Source: a virus
Strand: one strand, 5' to 3'
Virus record (IMG/VR): IMGVR_UViG_3300027733_000030
Span: 32,001-96,000 of that record
DNA length: 64,000 nt
In this document: one piece after another, positions 1 through 9,714 of the stretch
Layout of the letters: the number at the start of each line of letters is the position of its first letter
Numbering within the stretch: position 1 is the first letter of the stretch
Program-made: the position numbers and the translations under genes
The notes under the pieces: generated by a model
Databases searched by the model: none
What the model saw: the letters and a program-made list of their open reading frames with translations, nothing else
Told to the model about the DNA's origin: nothing

Positions 1-26
1 ATTTTTCCAAAAAAAAGTCTTCTGCC

Positions 27-57
27 TTGACAACATGTAGTTCCATTGTGATATCCT
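27..57 (+). promoter_or_regulatory. sigma70-type promoter (TTGACA, 19-nt spacer, TGnTATCCT)
   Basis: TTGACA at 27-32; extended -10 TG-A-TATCCT at 49-57. Confidence 0.4.
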
Positions 58-114
58 TAATGCCTGTAAGCGTGTATATATTATACACTAAAAAATAAAA
101 ATATGCAAAACAAC

Positions 115-143
115 TTGCATTACCACTAAGAAGGAAGTATACT
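115..143 (+). promoter_or_regulatory. sigma70-type promoter, probably giving a leaderless transcript
   Basis: TTGCAT (115-120), 17 nt, TATACT (138-143); ATG at 151 lies about where +1 is expected. Confidence 0.55.
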
Positions 144-150
144 AATCACC

Positions 151-315
151 ATGAACACATTAACACACATCATCAACACAGCAATTGAAACCATTGACAA
201 CGAAATTATCGAGGACTTGGTTGTAGACCTTGGTTATGACTACGGCGATGCCGTCAAGGTAGTCACAGAGTTCAATGATTTCGATTTTGCTATCGATTCA
301 GATTCAACTTTCTGA
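151..315 (+). CDS. 54-aa highly acidic hypothetical protein (not in ORF track)
   Basis: My translation: MNTLTHIINTAIETIDNEIIEDLVVDLGYDYGDAVKVVTEFNDFDFAIDSDSTF*; flanked by promoter and terminator. Confidence 0.7.
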   Translation: MNTLTHIINTAIETIDNEIIEDLVVDLGYDYGDAVKVVTEFNDFDFAIDSDSTF

Positions 316-345
316 TTCTTTTTTTTAAAAACTACGTATAGAATT

Positions 346-369
346 GGGGCTGGGAAACCAGCCCCTTTT
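346..369 (+). terminator. intrinsic terminator between convergent genes
   Basis: GGGGCTGG-GAAA-CCAGCCCC followed by TTTT. Confidence 0.8.
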
Positions 370-1173
370 CTATTTTCCATAACTATTCTTTTTATTTCTA
401 AAAACACCTGTTGGACACGCACCTGATTTAGCGTGATCGCAATAAGAGCATACTCTGGTATTAGCGGTGGGTGTAAAATTCTGATCAACCATTATTTTTT
501 GAATAGTATCAATCAGTTTATTCTTAACTTCTTCAATATCTTCTTCGGTAAAAAGATGACCTTTTCTTTTTCCAGATCTTAAATAATACAACTCCGCATA
601 GATTTCTTTTTCTGGAAATATATTATGAAGTGCAAGAGCGTATATACCGAGCTGTAGATTAGAGTGCACGTGTTTCTGTGCAACTTCCCATTTACCCGTT
701 TTATAGTCTGTTATGTTAACTCTATCTCCAATAATGTCAACTCTATCTATAAAGCCAATTATCTTGTATGACCCTATAATAAAAGAAAAAGACATTTCCT
801 TATCGTATATGGAGAATTCTTTATCTACATTTTGATCATAAAATTCATTCAATATAATTGATCCAACGGAAATAAGATCTGGAGTTATTTCTTGATTTGG
901 ATCCCAAATAGGAATATTATTTTTGTATTCTTCCTGAAGTTCATTTAAGTCTAAGACTTTATTATTCTCTAAAGTATTTTCAAGAACAGCGTGGACGATA
1001 TTTCCTAGAGCAGCTGGCGCATTGAACTGTCTTGGTTCTTTCTTAATATAAGAGTAGAAGTATCTTGCCGGACATTGATCGTATGTATCTATTCTAGAGT
1101 ATGAAAAATCTACTAAACTTAATTTTTCTAAATCACTTAAGCTATCATAATTTTTAATTAATATAGAACTCAA
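370..1173 (-). CDS. RecB/Cas4-like PD-(D/E)XK exonuclease with Fe-S cysteines
   Basis: CPARYFY...GFIDRVD...ITDYKTG...QLGIYA...CSYC..C; complete catalytic motif set. Confidence 0.88.
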   Translation of the reverse strand: MSSILIKNYDSLSDLEKLSLVDFSYSRIDTYDQCPARYFYSYIKKEPRQFNAPAALGNIVHAVLENTLENNKVLDLNELQEEYKNNIPIWDPNQEITPDLISVGSIILNEFYDQNVDKEFSIYDKEMSFSFIIGSYKIIGFIDRVDIIGDRVNITDYKTGKWEVAQKHVHSNLQLGIYALALHNIFPEKEIYAELYYLRSGKRKGHLFTEEDIEEVKNKLIDTIQKIMVDQNFTPTANTRVCSYCDHAKSGACPTGVFRNKKNSYGK

Positions 1174-1181
1174 AAATATTC

Positions 1182-1349
1182 CTACTGTTCTTCGTTGGGA
1201 TCGTATATTAATCGACCATTTTCATCGAATTCTCTTCCGATTTCATCTATAGTGTGATTATTAAGTTTATTTATATAAGCGCCCTGGCCGATTGCTACCC
1301 AACCAGTTTCACCTATTTCCATATGATCGTCTTCTTCATAGGGCCACAT
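1182..1349 (-). CDS. 55-aa acidic hypothetical protein (not in ORF track)
   Basis: MWPYEEDDHMEIGETGWVAIGQG...PNEEQ*; GGAGG SD 5 nt upstream; fills the gap between neighbours. Confidence 0.7.
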   Translation of the reverse strand: MWPYEEDDHMEIGETGWVAIGQGAYINKLNNHTIDEIGREFDENGRLIYDPNEEQ

Positions 1350-1566
1350 CTTCGCCTCCTATAGATACTTTAACTTCAGTAATATCATCTGCATTCAGAT
1401 AATAACTCACAACTGTGTATAGGTCTTTTAGTTCTTTTTGCGTTAGATAGAATCCAACACAGGTGCACTGTAAGAATAATTTGTCATCATAATTGTAAGT
1501 TGAATCAGTGTATTCTGTTAATTTAATATTACCTTTTTCAACAACTGCTGGAAAGCTTTGGCTCAT
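1336..1566 (-). CDS. hypothetical protein
   Basis: ORF track; start refined to MSQSF after a GAGGA SD. Confidence 0.65.
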   Translation of the reverse strand: MSQSFPAVVEKGNIKLTEYTDSTYNYDDKLFLQCTCVGFYLTQKELKDLYTVVSYYLNADDITEVKVSIGGEDVAL

Positions 1567-1568
1567 TT

Positions 1569-1934
1569 TTAATCCTCGTAATAAGTTATGGGATCCCAAT
1601 TAGGATCATTTAATTTTTCTCTCATATCTTTAACATATGAGTCCCAATCGCGTTCATCATCTGATTTCTTTTCATACTTGACTTGACTCTTAAATGGATT
1701 GGATTTAAACTTAGTCATAATAAGTTTACCCTGCTGGGTTTTCCATCTCAGAGTTCCATTCTTGCAATCGCAGAAATCTTCACTGTCTGCTTTAATAATA
1801 AGTTCTGGATCGTATCGACCTGAGCACCCGTTACATTTTGTATATCTTCCTTTATCCTGACACCTATTGCATGATGGGCAAAACACCCAGCACCATCTAT
1901 CTGTAGGATTAACTGAAGGTCTATCTGCTGACAT
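1569..1934 (-). CDS. Cys-rich putative zinc-binding protein
   Basis: CPSCNRC, CNGC and CDC motifs; abuts the dnaE stop. Confidence 0.65.
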   Translation of the reverse strand: MSADRPSVNPTDRWCWVFCPSCNRCQDKGRYTKCNGCSGRYDPELIIKADSEDFCDCKNGTLRWKTQQGKLIMTKFKSNPFKSQVKYEKKSDDERDWDSYVKDMREKLNDPNWDPITYYED

Positions 1935-4900
1935 TTATTGCTCCAATTCAATTAATTGTCTAATCGCATCTTCCACTTTAGGGGATGCCTCTATCTTATA
2001 TTTGTAAATAAATTTATGTTTACCATCCAATATCTGTAAGAATACAGGACGATCACCTCGTGACGAATCAATTATATCATAAATCTTATCTATAGTCGAA
2101 GTAGATATATTCTTTTTTACATTAAAAATTATTGCCTTACCTGTGGCAAATAAGTGCGCATCTACCTTTTCACATGATGAGAAGAACAACTTACATGTGG
2201 AATTTTCTTCGTCACCCTCTTTATTTAAAGTTCCAGATATAATTACTACATCACCTTTATTGAAGTAATCATCCGCTATATTTTTTGCATTGTTTGGAAA
2301 AATAATTACTTCAACATCTGAAGAAATATCTTCTATTGATATCTTAAACATCTTCTGACCTTTTTTGGTCATTATCTTTTTGGAGGCTGTAATTATTCCC
2401 CCGACTTTTATATTTGATCCGACTTGATACTCAGATAATTCAATTATTTCGCAATCAACTTTCTTAGAAAGTATGTCCCATATTCCCATAATAGGATGAC
2501 TAGTTACATATATTCCAAGTTCTTCTTTTTCTTTTTCTAGCATTTCTATTTCTTGCAGTCTAGGATATTCCCCTAAATCTATATTCACCAATTCATCAAA
2601 TGCCCCAGCAGCTGCTAAATGTTCCAGCGTACTCTTCTTCAAAATTACAGGATCACATCTTCTGAGGAAGTCTACAATGCTCGTATATGGCTCCTCAGTG
2701 TTTCTGCAGTTGACTATTGCATCAGCTATCGATTGGCCAATTCCACTGACCGCAGACAGCCCAAATACGATTGACGTATCTCCTACTACTTCAAAGTCAA
2801 TCCCAGATTTATTGATTGACGGTGGGGAGACTTCTATATTTAATTTTCTACAGTCCGATAAATAGAATGCTTGCTTTTCTTTATTGCCAACTACTGATGA
2901 CATAAGTCCTGCCATATATTCTGTTGGATGATTTGACTTAAGATAAGCCGTGACATAACTAATCATGGCGTAACTTGCGGCGTGTGCTCTGTTAAATCCA
3001 TATCCGCCAAAGTATTCAATATCTGAGAAAATCTTATTAGCTAAAGTTTCTGACATATCAGATGTTCGAACACATCCTTCGACAAACATAGATCGCATCT
3101 TGGCAATTTTATCCATTAATTTTTTACCAATAACTTTTCTTAAATCATCAGCCTCTGCGGAAGTAAATCCTGCCAATTCTCTAGCAACTCCTAAAACATC
3201 TTCTTGATACAGCATGATTCCTAGAGACGGTGCTAGCACCTTAGCTAACTTAGGATGCTCATATTTAATTTGGCTACGACCATGTTTACGGTCAATATAT
3301 TCTTTATCCATTCCAGAACCCATTGGACCTGGTCTATATAATGAGATTAATGCCATAATGTCTTCTACGTTACGTGGTTGAAGCTGCATCATCAATTGTC
3401 TCATGCCCGATGATTCAAGTTGAAAGACTCCGGCGCAGTTACCCTTACATAATTCATCATAAGTTTTTGCGTCGTCAAGCGGAATTTTATCAACATCAAT
3501 AAGTTCGCCTTTACGCTTATGGACCAACTTGATGCAAGAGTCAATAACTCCAAGGTTTCTTAGGCCAAGAAAGTCAATCTTTAAAAGGCCACACTGCTCG
3601 ACTCTGCCCATATCCCATTGCGTAATGATTGGATTATCTACGCCCTTGCGCATGATAGGCAGGTATTCGGTTAGTGCATCCCTAGATATAACTATACCAG
3701 CAGCGTGTATGCCAGTTTGTCTTACTAGACCTTCCAGTCCAAATGCCGTATCTACAATAGTTTTGGCATCTGAGTCTTTCTCATACAGCTGTTTGAATTC
3801 TTCAACTTCCATGCACTCCGAAAGATTTTTCGAGATGCCCAATACTGGCGGAGGAACGAGTTTTGCCACTACGTCTCCACCGGCAAAATCGTAACCTAGA
3901 GCTCTGGCTGCATCTCGGATAGATTGTCTGGCGCCTGTCTTGTTGAACGTGCAAATGTGTGCAACGTGGTCAGACCCATATTTTGCTCTGGCATAGTTGA
4001 TTACTTCGTCACGATATCTATCATCAAAGTCAAGGTCGATGTCAGGCATTGATTTTCTGCCCTCAACAAGGAATCGTTCAAACATTAATCCAAATTTGAT
4101 TGGATCTAGATTTGTAATTTTAAATGCGTAGGAAAGGATACTTCCTGCTGCAGAACCGCGTCCCCAGCCAACTCTAACATTATTATTCTTGGCCCAATTT
4201 ACTAGATCTGATACAACTAAGAAATATTCAGTAAATCCCATTTCTTTTACAACACGTATTTCGTGATTAGCTCTATCTATGATATGAGAAGGTAGAGGAT
4301 CACCATATCTTTCCTTTAGGCCGCTCCAAGCTAATCTATCAAAGTAGTCCATAGGTGCTTCGAGAGTTGGAATAGGAAAGTCAGGGAAGTGAATATCACC
4401 AAAAGAAAGATTTAAATCAATCATGTCACAAACGTCCATACTATTCTTCAACCAGTCTGGATTAAACTTAGATGACATTTCATCATATGATTGAAGATAA
4501 AATTCTTCTCCAGTAAATGAGAATCTATTTGGGGTATGTATATTTGCATTAGTTGCCACGCATAACATGATGTCATGAGATCTAGCGTCGTGCTTATGTA
4601 CATAATGGCAATCCCCACTTGGGACGACCTTTGCACCAATAGTTTCTGCTATCTGCACTAATTGATTAAAGACTTTCTTTTGTTCCCCAAGACCATGATC
4701 TTGAACTTCAATAAAATAGTTTTCCTTACCAACAATATCTTGCATTTTCTTTGCAGATGAAAGAGCAAATTGATAATCATCTCTTAGCAATGCCTGGCAT
4801 ACTTCACTATTTAAACAGCCTGAAAGAACAATAATTCCTTCAGAGTGTTCTGCTATTAAATCATGATCAATACGTGGCTTAACGTAATATCCTTCTAGGA

Positions 4901-5258
4901 AAGATCTAGAAGATATTTTAATAATATTATTATAGCCAACTTTATTTTTAGCTAAAATAGTTATATGGTAAGGACCTCTTTGCTCCCATTCATTTTGTGA
5001 TGGTCCAGATCTTTCTTCAGGATCTCTATCAAATCTAGTTTTTCTAGCTTGATAAAATTCAGAACCAAGAATTGGCTTAACCCCAATAGAAGTTCCAGCG
5101 TCATAGAAGTCCAACCATGAATGTATGTTTCCATGGTCAGTAGTAGCTAAGCCTTTCATTCCTAAGGACTTAGCTCTAGTCAAGTACTGTTCTATGTCGC
5201 CATGACCGTCTAACATTGAAAAGACTGTATGGTTATGGAGGTTAGTCCAATTCTTCAT
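1935..5258 (-). CDS. dnaE: DNA polymerase III alpha subunit (family C) with N-terminal PHP domain
   Basis: HNHT, TDHG, GRGSAAGS, PDIDLDF, KIDFLGL, FNRAHA, C-terminal OB fold. Confidence 0.97.
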   Translation of the reverse strand: MKNWTNLHNHTVFSMLDGHGDIEQYLTRAKSLGMKGLATTDHGNIHSWLDFYDAGTSIGVKPILGSEFYQARKTRFDRDPEERSGPSQNEWEQRGPYHITILAKNKVGYNNIIKISSRSFLEGYYVKPRIDHDLIAEHSEGIIVLSGCLNSEVCQALLRDDYQFALSSAKKMQDIVGKENYFIEVQDHGLGEQKKVFNQLVQIAETIGAKVVPSGDCHYVHKHDARSHDIMLCVATNANIHTPNRFSFTGEEFYLQSYDEMSSKFNPDWLKNSMDVCDMIDLNLSFGDIHFPDFPIPTLEAPMDYFDRLAWSGLKERYGDPLPSHIIDRANHEIRVVKEMGFTEYFLVVSDLVNWAKNNNVRVGWGRGSAAGSILSYAFKITNLDPIKFGLMFERFLVEGRKSMPDIDLDFDDRYRDEVINYARAKYGSDHVAHICTFNKTGARQSIRDAARALGYDFAGGDVVAKLVPPPVLGISKNLSECMEVEEFKQLYEKDSDAKTIVDTAFGLEGLVRQTGIHAAGIVISRDALTEYLPIMRKGVDNPIITQWDMGRVEQCGLLKIDFLGLRNLGVIDSCIKLVHKRKGELIDVDKIPLDDAKTYDELCKGNCAGVFQLESSGMRQLMMQLQPRNVEDIMALISLYRPGPMGSGMDKEYIDRKHGRSQIKYEHPKLAKVLAPSLGIMLYQEDVLGVARELAGFTSAEADDLRKVIGKKLMDKIAKMRSMFVEGCVRTSDMSETLANKIFSDIEYFGGYGFNRAHAASYAMISYVTAYLKSNHPTEYMAGLMSSVVGNKEKQAFYLSDCRKLNIEVSPPSINKSGIDFEVVGDTSIVFGLSAVSGIGQSIADAIVNCRNTEEPYTSIVDFLRRCDPVILKKSTLEHLAAAGAFDELVNIDLGEYPRLQEIEMLEKEKEELGIYVTSHPIMGIWDILSKKVDCEIIELSEYQVGSNIKVGGIITASKKIMTKKGQKMFKISIEDISSDVEVIIFPNNAKNIADDYFNKGDVVIISGTLNKEGDEENSTCKLFFSSCEKVDAHLFATGKAIIFNVKKNISTSTIDKIYDIIDSSRGDRPVFLQILDGKHKFIYKYKIEASPKVEDAIRQLIELEQ

Positions 5259-5464
5259 TAAATTCCTCTACTCTTGTCCGAACCTTCTAAAGAGCTATCT
5301 CTTACTTCTCTATATGTAATAATTACCACTCCACCGCAATACTTGCACGGCACTGGCTTACCTTCTTGAGCAAACGGGCTATTATACATATATCTATCTG
5401 GCTGATCTGATTTACATTCAGAGCAGACGCCAATGACATCATCTGTATCTTCTATCTCAGGCAT
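5258..5464 (-). CDS. small zinc-ribbon protein
   Basis: CSEC...CKYC; GGAGG SD; overlaps both neighbours. Confidence 0.7.
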   Translation of the reverse strand: MPEIEDTDDVIGVCSECKSDQPDRYMYNSPFAQEGKPVPCKYCGGVVIITYREVRDSSLEGSDKSRGI

Positions 5465-6659
5465 GTTCACCTCCTTTATCCATTAATTTATACGCAAAGC
5501 GTACCGGGGATGGAGAGGACTGTTCTTGTGTTTCGACATACTTGTCCCCTATCTTTACCCATTTATTTTTTTTCTCTAGTGAACATTGTCCACATCCAAC
5601 ACCTGCAGAATTAGCTCTTTCGCATGTGTAAGGTCTTCCGCCAATTCCCAATTCTCTTCTTTTAATCCAATCGTTTATATGACTATTAGTTTTTTCAACA
5701 TTATAGTCTGAACAATTACTTAAGATACCATGAAGAAATTTTATTGACTCTTCGTTATAAGTTAATATGGAACATAGGAATAATCTTGCCTCATGCTCTA
5801 AGTATTTCTTTTCAATAGCCTGTTGCTGAAGTCTAGCTATTGACGTACAGCTTTTCAAAAGTTTATCAGGAGTAAATTCTTTTTCTTTCACATTCATTTG
5901 CTTAAACGCAGTTGAACCATACTTGTTGAAATAGCCAATAAAATCTTTTGATTTTTCTTTTTCTATTTCCATATCATAAGTAAACTCTCTAAACCATTCA
6001 TTAGCCTTGGCATTAAAGTTTTGTTCTGATACTTCATTGAAAGAGCGTGTAGTGCAGTAACCTGTTATTGAATCCATGCCCTGAAAAAGAATATCTTCTG
6101 GTATTAAATTCTTATATAGATTTGTATCTTGATGTTTACTGCCCTCTAGGCGCCACATTCTTCTAGCGTCATACACGCTAAAGTCAAGCGACTCTAGCTT
6201 AAGTTTATCTTTTAGAGTTGAAGCTATAAATCTAAAAATATTAGGAAGATTATTGGATGGATTAATTCCCAGCGTAATAGCTTCACATTCTATGTGAAAG
6301 CCTTTTTTCCCGGTAAAGTATACAAGTATAGCAGACTTTGGAATATAATTAATAAGATAATTATACAATTTCATACAGTCAATATATGATTCTTGTGGAT
6401 CTTTGTTATCTATGTCAAAATACAATGATCCTAATCTGATAGCTTTATCTAAATCAGTAGAATTATAATGCCAGATAGAAGTATAAAGGCCAACATTTGC
6501 ATTCTGTTGACGAAAAGATTCCTTATCTTTTGCTTCTATGAACAGAGTATTGTCTCCGTCTTTTTGACGAATAACTCTACCTAAACTTTGTACATACTTT
6601 GCTGTCTCTAGATATTTCCAAGAAGACAAAAATTTATCTGGATCATTTGGTATTATCAT
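5457..6659 (-). CDS. archaeo-eukaryotic primase (AEP) catalytic domain fused to a PriL-like Cys-rich (Fe-S) domain
   Basis: LYFDID (motif I), FTGKKGFH (motif II), VYDARRMWRL (motif III); C-terminal C...HEARLFL...YTC...CGQC. Confidence 0.8.
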   Translation of the reverse strand: MIIPNDPDKFLSSWKYLETAKYVQSLGRVIRQKDGDNTLFIEAKDKESFRQQNANVGLYTSIWHYNSTDLDKAIRLGSLYFDIDNKDPQESYIDCMKLYNYLINYIPKSAILVYFTGKKGFHIECEAITLGINPSNNLPNIFRFIASTLKDKLKLESLDFSVYDARRMWRLEGSKHQDTNLYKNLIPEDILFQGMDSITGYCTTRSFNEVSEQNFNAKANEWFREFTYDMEIEKEKSKDFIGYFNKYGSTAFKQMNVKEKEFTPDKLLKSCTSIARLQQQAIEKKYLEHEARLFLCSILTYNEESIKFLHGILSNCSDYNVEKTNSHINDWIKRRELGIGGRPYTCERANSAGVGCGQCSLEKKNKWVKIGDKYVETQEQSSPSPVRFAYKLMDKGGEHA

Positions 6660-6817
6660 AGTATTTTTGCCTTAGACTCTTCGTTAGAAATATTGGCGAT
6701 TACAATACGATTTTCTTTTTTCAAATTAAATGAATTATTTCTATAGTAGACTGATTCCTTAATTATATCTTCTAATATAGAAATTATATAGATTCTCTTT
6801 GATATTCTACTATTCAT
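6656..6817 (-). CDS. 53-aa hypothetical protein (not in ORF track)
   Basis: MNSRISKRIYIISILEDIIK...KAKIL*; ATGA overlap with the primase start and overlap with the HD-gene stop. Confidence 0.55.
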   Translation of the reverse strand: MNSRISKRIYIISILEDIIKESVYYRNNSFNLKKENRIVIANISNEESKAKIL

Positions 6818-7478
6818 TTGTCCATCTGTCGTTGATTAATTGACTATCTTCGATTACAACATGTACCTTACTAGCTATATTATCAGCTAAGTGAACAATG
6901 TAATCCATGTAAGTTATTGGATATGTTTCTGGAACTGGCGACCAAGGACCTAGGTGACATCTAACTAGTCTCAGTATGCTCTGTACATTTTCTTCAGAAA
7001 TAAACAATGTAGAAGAATGACTATCATTAGCATATTCCTTATCGTGGCGGATACAGTCTGCTACAAATTTATTAACAGTATAGGGATGCATAGGATCATA
7101 CTGGAACATTCCACTTTCTTCAGACGGAATTCCTTTGGTGATATCATGCAATAGACACGCTGCAATTATAAGATCTCTTTCTTCTATACTTAATGCATAA
7201 GAGTCAGATATTATTTCCGCAACTCTAACAACTCTTTTGGTGTGCAAAACATTTCCACCAGGACCATGCTCATCCGGCGGATGATATCTTCCAGAAAAAC
7301 TAGATGGTATTTCCCAAAATGTACTAGCTTTTAGTAAAAGAGATCTAACAAATGATTTAATTCCTTCATCATCTATTGATCCAATTTCTTCTAATAAAGG
7401 AGCTAAGTATTCATCTTCTTGAGTAATTTGACTACTTGTATCTTCTTTGAGAATGTCATCTAAAATACTCTTACTCAT
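6810..7478 (-). CDS. HD-domain phosphohydrolase
   Basis: SGRYHP...LHTKRV...LLHDITK...CHLGPW...HLAD; start refined to MSKS (TAATG overlap). Confidence 0.85.
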   Translation of the reverse strand: MSKSILDDILKEDTSSQITQEDEYLAPLLEEIGSIDDEGIKSFVRSLLLKASTFWEIPSSFSGRYHPPDEHGPGGNVLHTKRVVRVAEIISDSYALSIEERDLIIAACLLHDITKGIPSEESGMFQYDPMHPYTVNKFVADCIRHDKEYANDSHSSTLFISEENVQSILRLVRCHLGPWSPVPETYPITYMDYIVHLADNIASKVHVVIEDSQLINDRWTNE

Positions 7479-8254
7479 TATTTCCATCCAATCCATTTAG
7501 AACATGCGTCGTCGTGCGGGCATTTTTTACAATAAGCTGTTAAGCCTCTTCTTGGTACAAAAGTTTCCTTGTGACACATTGTATCACACCAGTACTCTAA
7601 AGAATCTATATCTTCGCTACTAATTTCATATTCTATAAAATCTAAACTATTTGACATTAGATCAATATAGCCAAAGTTAGTTTCGTTAACTCGACTTGGA
7701 TGACGGAGTTTAAATCCCATATACATGGCAGAAAAATCAACTTGATACATGTGTCTATGATTTGTCTTATAATTAAAAAGAAGTTTTGTTACGTAATTTT
7801 TATTATCTTTTCTAATTATTAAATCAAATTTATCTACTATCTTAATTTCTTTGTTAATAATTGCTATATACTCTTCAGATATAGCTAGAGGAATCATATC
7901 AACGTCTGAATAAGTTTCATGAAACGTAAGTAGTATACTTGCTGCCTTTGTAGTCAAGCTAGCCATATTTCCATACATGCTCTCATGTTGTTCAGTGGCT
8001 ATATCATAATGATCCACATTTTTTGGGAACCATAATTTTTCCCATCTATTTAAAAGAGATGCATAGGAGGGACTAATGCCTGCTTGTTTTTTAAACCAAA
8101 AGAAATAAATAATATTCTTAATAGTTGATTCAAATTTAGCAGTGTATATATCTCTTGAATAAACTTTTTCAGGAAGTTTATCACGATATCTAAAATCATA
8201 TAATCTCTCACAAGTTTGAAAATCCTTAATTGCTTCTACATTTAATTCTAGCAT
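7478..8254 (-). CDS. second RecB/Cas4-like PD-(D/E)XK-fold protein, catalytic motif apparently degenerate
   Basis: CERLYDFRY...VDKFDLII...CKKC....C; YVTKLLF where [DE]xK is expected. Confidence 0.7.
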   Translation of the reverse strand: MLELNVEAIKDFQTCERLYDFRYRDKLPEKVYSRDIYTAKFESTIKNIIYFFWFKKQAGISPSYASLLNRWEKLWFPKNVDHYDIATEQHESMYGNMASLTTKAASILLTFHETYSDVDMIPLAISEEYIAIINKEIKIVDKFDLIIRKDNKNYVTKLLFNYKTNHRHMYQVDFSAMYMGFKLRHPSRVNETNFGYIDLMSNSLDFIEYEISSEDIDSLEYWCDTMCHKETFVPRRGLTAYCKKCPHDDACSKWIGWK

Positions 8255-9714
8255 TAGTCAAAACCTTCTCCACTTAATAGTTCTTGAAGATCTGTTGACT
8301 CTGAATATGATTGATCACTAATGACTTCATAATCTTCATAGATTTTTTTTGCATCGTTATATCTTACTAAAGGTGGATCGTACATGAATGCAGAACCAGT
8401 AATTCTATTTTTAGGTATTTGAAGCTGCATTATATTTTCATCTTCTGTTTCATCATTTGAAGCCAAACGTTTTTCTGTAATGAAAATTGTAACTGCGCAC
8501 TTTTGCTGAATAGCTAAAGATCCACCTGTATCTGATTGCTGTACAACTTCTCTTTTTTCTTTCATTCTGTTTGAGTTTTCCTGGGCAGTTATGATCATAG
8601 CGCAGTTCATATCTCTGGCAAGTTTTTCTAGTCTAACCATCATTTCTTCAAACTCGCCCCATCTTGGCTTGCCCTTACCACTACCACGGGTAAACATAGA
8701 TTGAATAGTGTCAATGATAACTACATCTGGCATATCTCCAGTGTGACCTATTAAATCTCTTAACCAAAACTCAAGGTCTTCAAAATATGGAGTCTCAGGA
8801 TCATGACGAACCATTAATCTGTCTCCCCACTCTTCAAGTTTTGATTTAAACTTAGCCAAGTAAAACTGCTTTTTTTCTTCACTCCATTTATGAGCTTCTG
8901 AATAAACATTTTCACCAATGATTTGAGTCATAAGAATTCTCTCCCAGTGACCCAAAGCTTCTTCAAAGTTTACATACAAAACTCTATAACCAGTATCTAA
9001 CCAATTATTAGCTAGACACTTAGCGAAGGTACTTTTTCCCTTGCCTGAGGGGGCGATAATTGCGTGTACAGCGCCCTTGAAGAATCCACCCTCATCCGTA
9101 TAGCCCATGGCTCTATTTAGAGCTTTAAATTGCGTTGGCACGAAGTCAGGTATATCCAGCAAACGATCAGCTCTATTTAGAATGTCATTAGCTGTAGTTA
9201 ATTTACTAAATGGGTCGTATTTAATTTGATTTTCAAGATCTTTAATTAAAGAAGTTAAATCATTAATGCGATCAATATCTTCTTGTGATTTCAAACCTTT
9301 TTTATTAATAAGTATTTGAAGTTCTTGAAGATTGAGAATCTGTTTACGCTTATTTGCCTTGTGTTTGATTAATTCAACGACTGATTCTTTTGTAGAAGAA
9401 TCCAGACTAAGAATATAATCTATCATTATTCCTACGCCGGAAGAGCCACCAAGTGCATCATATATATCCGTCTCACTAGACAGCCATGATTTAAATGCTA
9501 TTGGATCAACTATATCTAAATTAGTTGCTCGATAAAAACCAAGAAGCGCACCATAGAATTCGTGGATTCCTTTTTCGCCATGAATCATACCAACTATATC
9601 TTGTGGAAGATTTTCGTCAAAATAGGATATCGCACCCTGCTCTTTTAGGCAAAGTGCGAATGCCTGGTATTCTAGTGGGGTTTCTTGTGATTCTTCTATT
9701 TCTTCAAGTGCCAT
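8254..9714 (-). CDS. dnaB: replicative DnaB-like (SF4) helicase
   Basis: Walker A APSGKGKST, YVNFEE, Walker B VVIIDTIQ, TAQEN, PKNR. Confidence 0.9.
   Translation of the reverse strand: MALEEIEESQETPLEYQAFALCLKEQGAISYFDENLPQDIVGMIHGEKGIHEFYGALLGFYRATNLDIVDPIAFKSWLSSETDIYDALGGSSGVGIMIDYILSLDSSTKESVVELIKHKANKRKQILNLQELQILINKKGLKSQEDIDRINDLTSLIKDLENQIKYDPFSKLTTANDILNRADRLLDIPDFVPTQFKALNRAMGYTDEGGFFKGAVHAIIAPSGKGKSTFAKCLANNWLDTGYRVLYVNFEEALGHWERILMTQIIGENVYSEAHKWSEEKKQFYLAKFKSKLEEWGDRLMVRHDPETPYFEDLEFWLRDLIGHTGDMPDVVIIDTIQSMFTRGSGKGKPRWGEFEEMMVRLEKLARDMNCAMIITAQENSNRMKEKREVVQQSDTGGSLAIQQKCAVTIFITEKRLASNDETEDENIMQLQIPKNRITGSAFMYDPPLVRYNDAKKIYEDYEVISDQSYSESTDLQELLSGEGFD

Noticed and set aside
240-488. 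82-aa minus-strand ORF from the track
   Set aside because: Overlaps the RecB-like gene 3' end, the terminator and the better-supported plus-strand gene; no SD or family motif
370-1173. Cas4 of a CRISPR system
   Set aside because: No repeat-spacer array or other cas genes seen; such nucleases are common in phage replication modules
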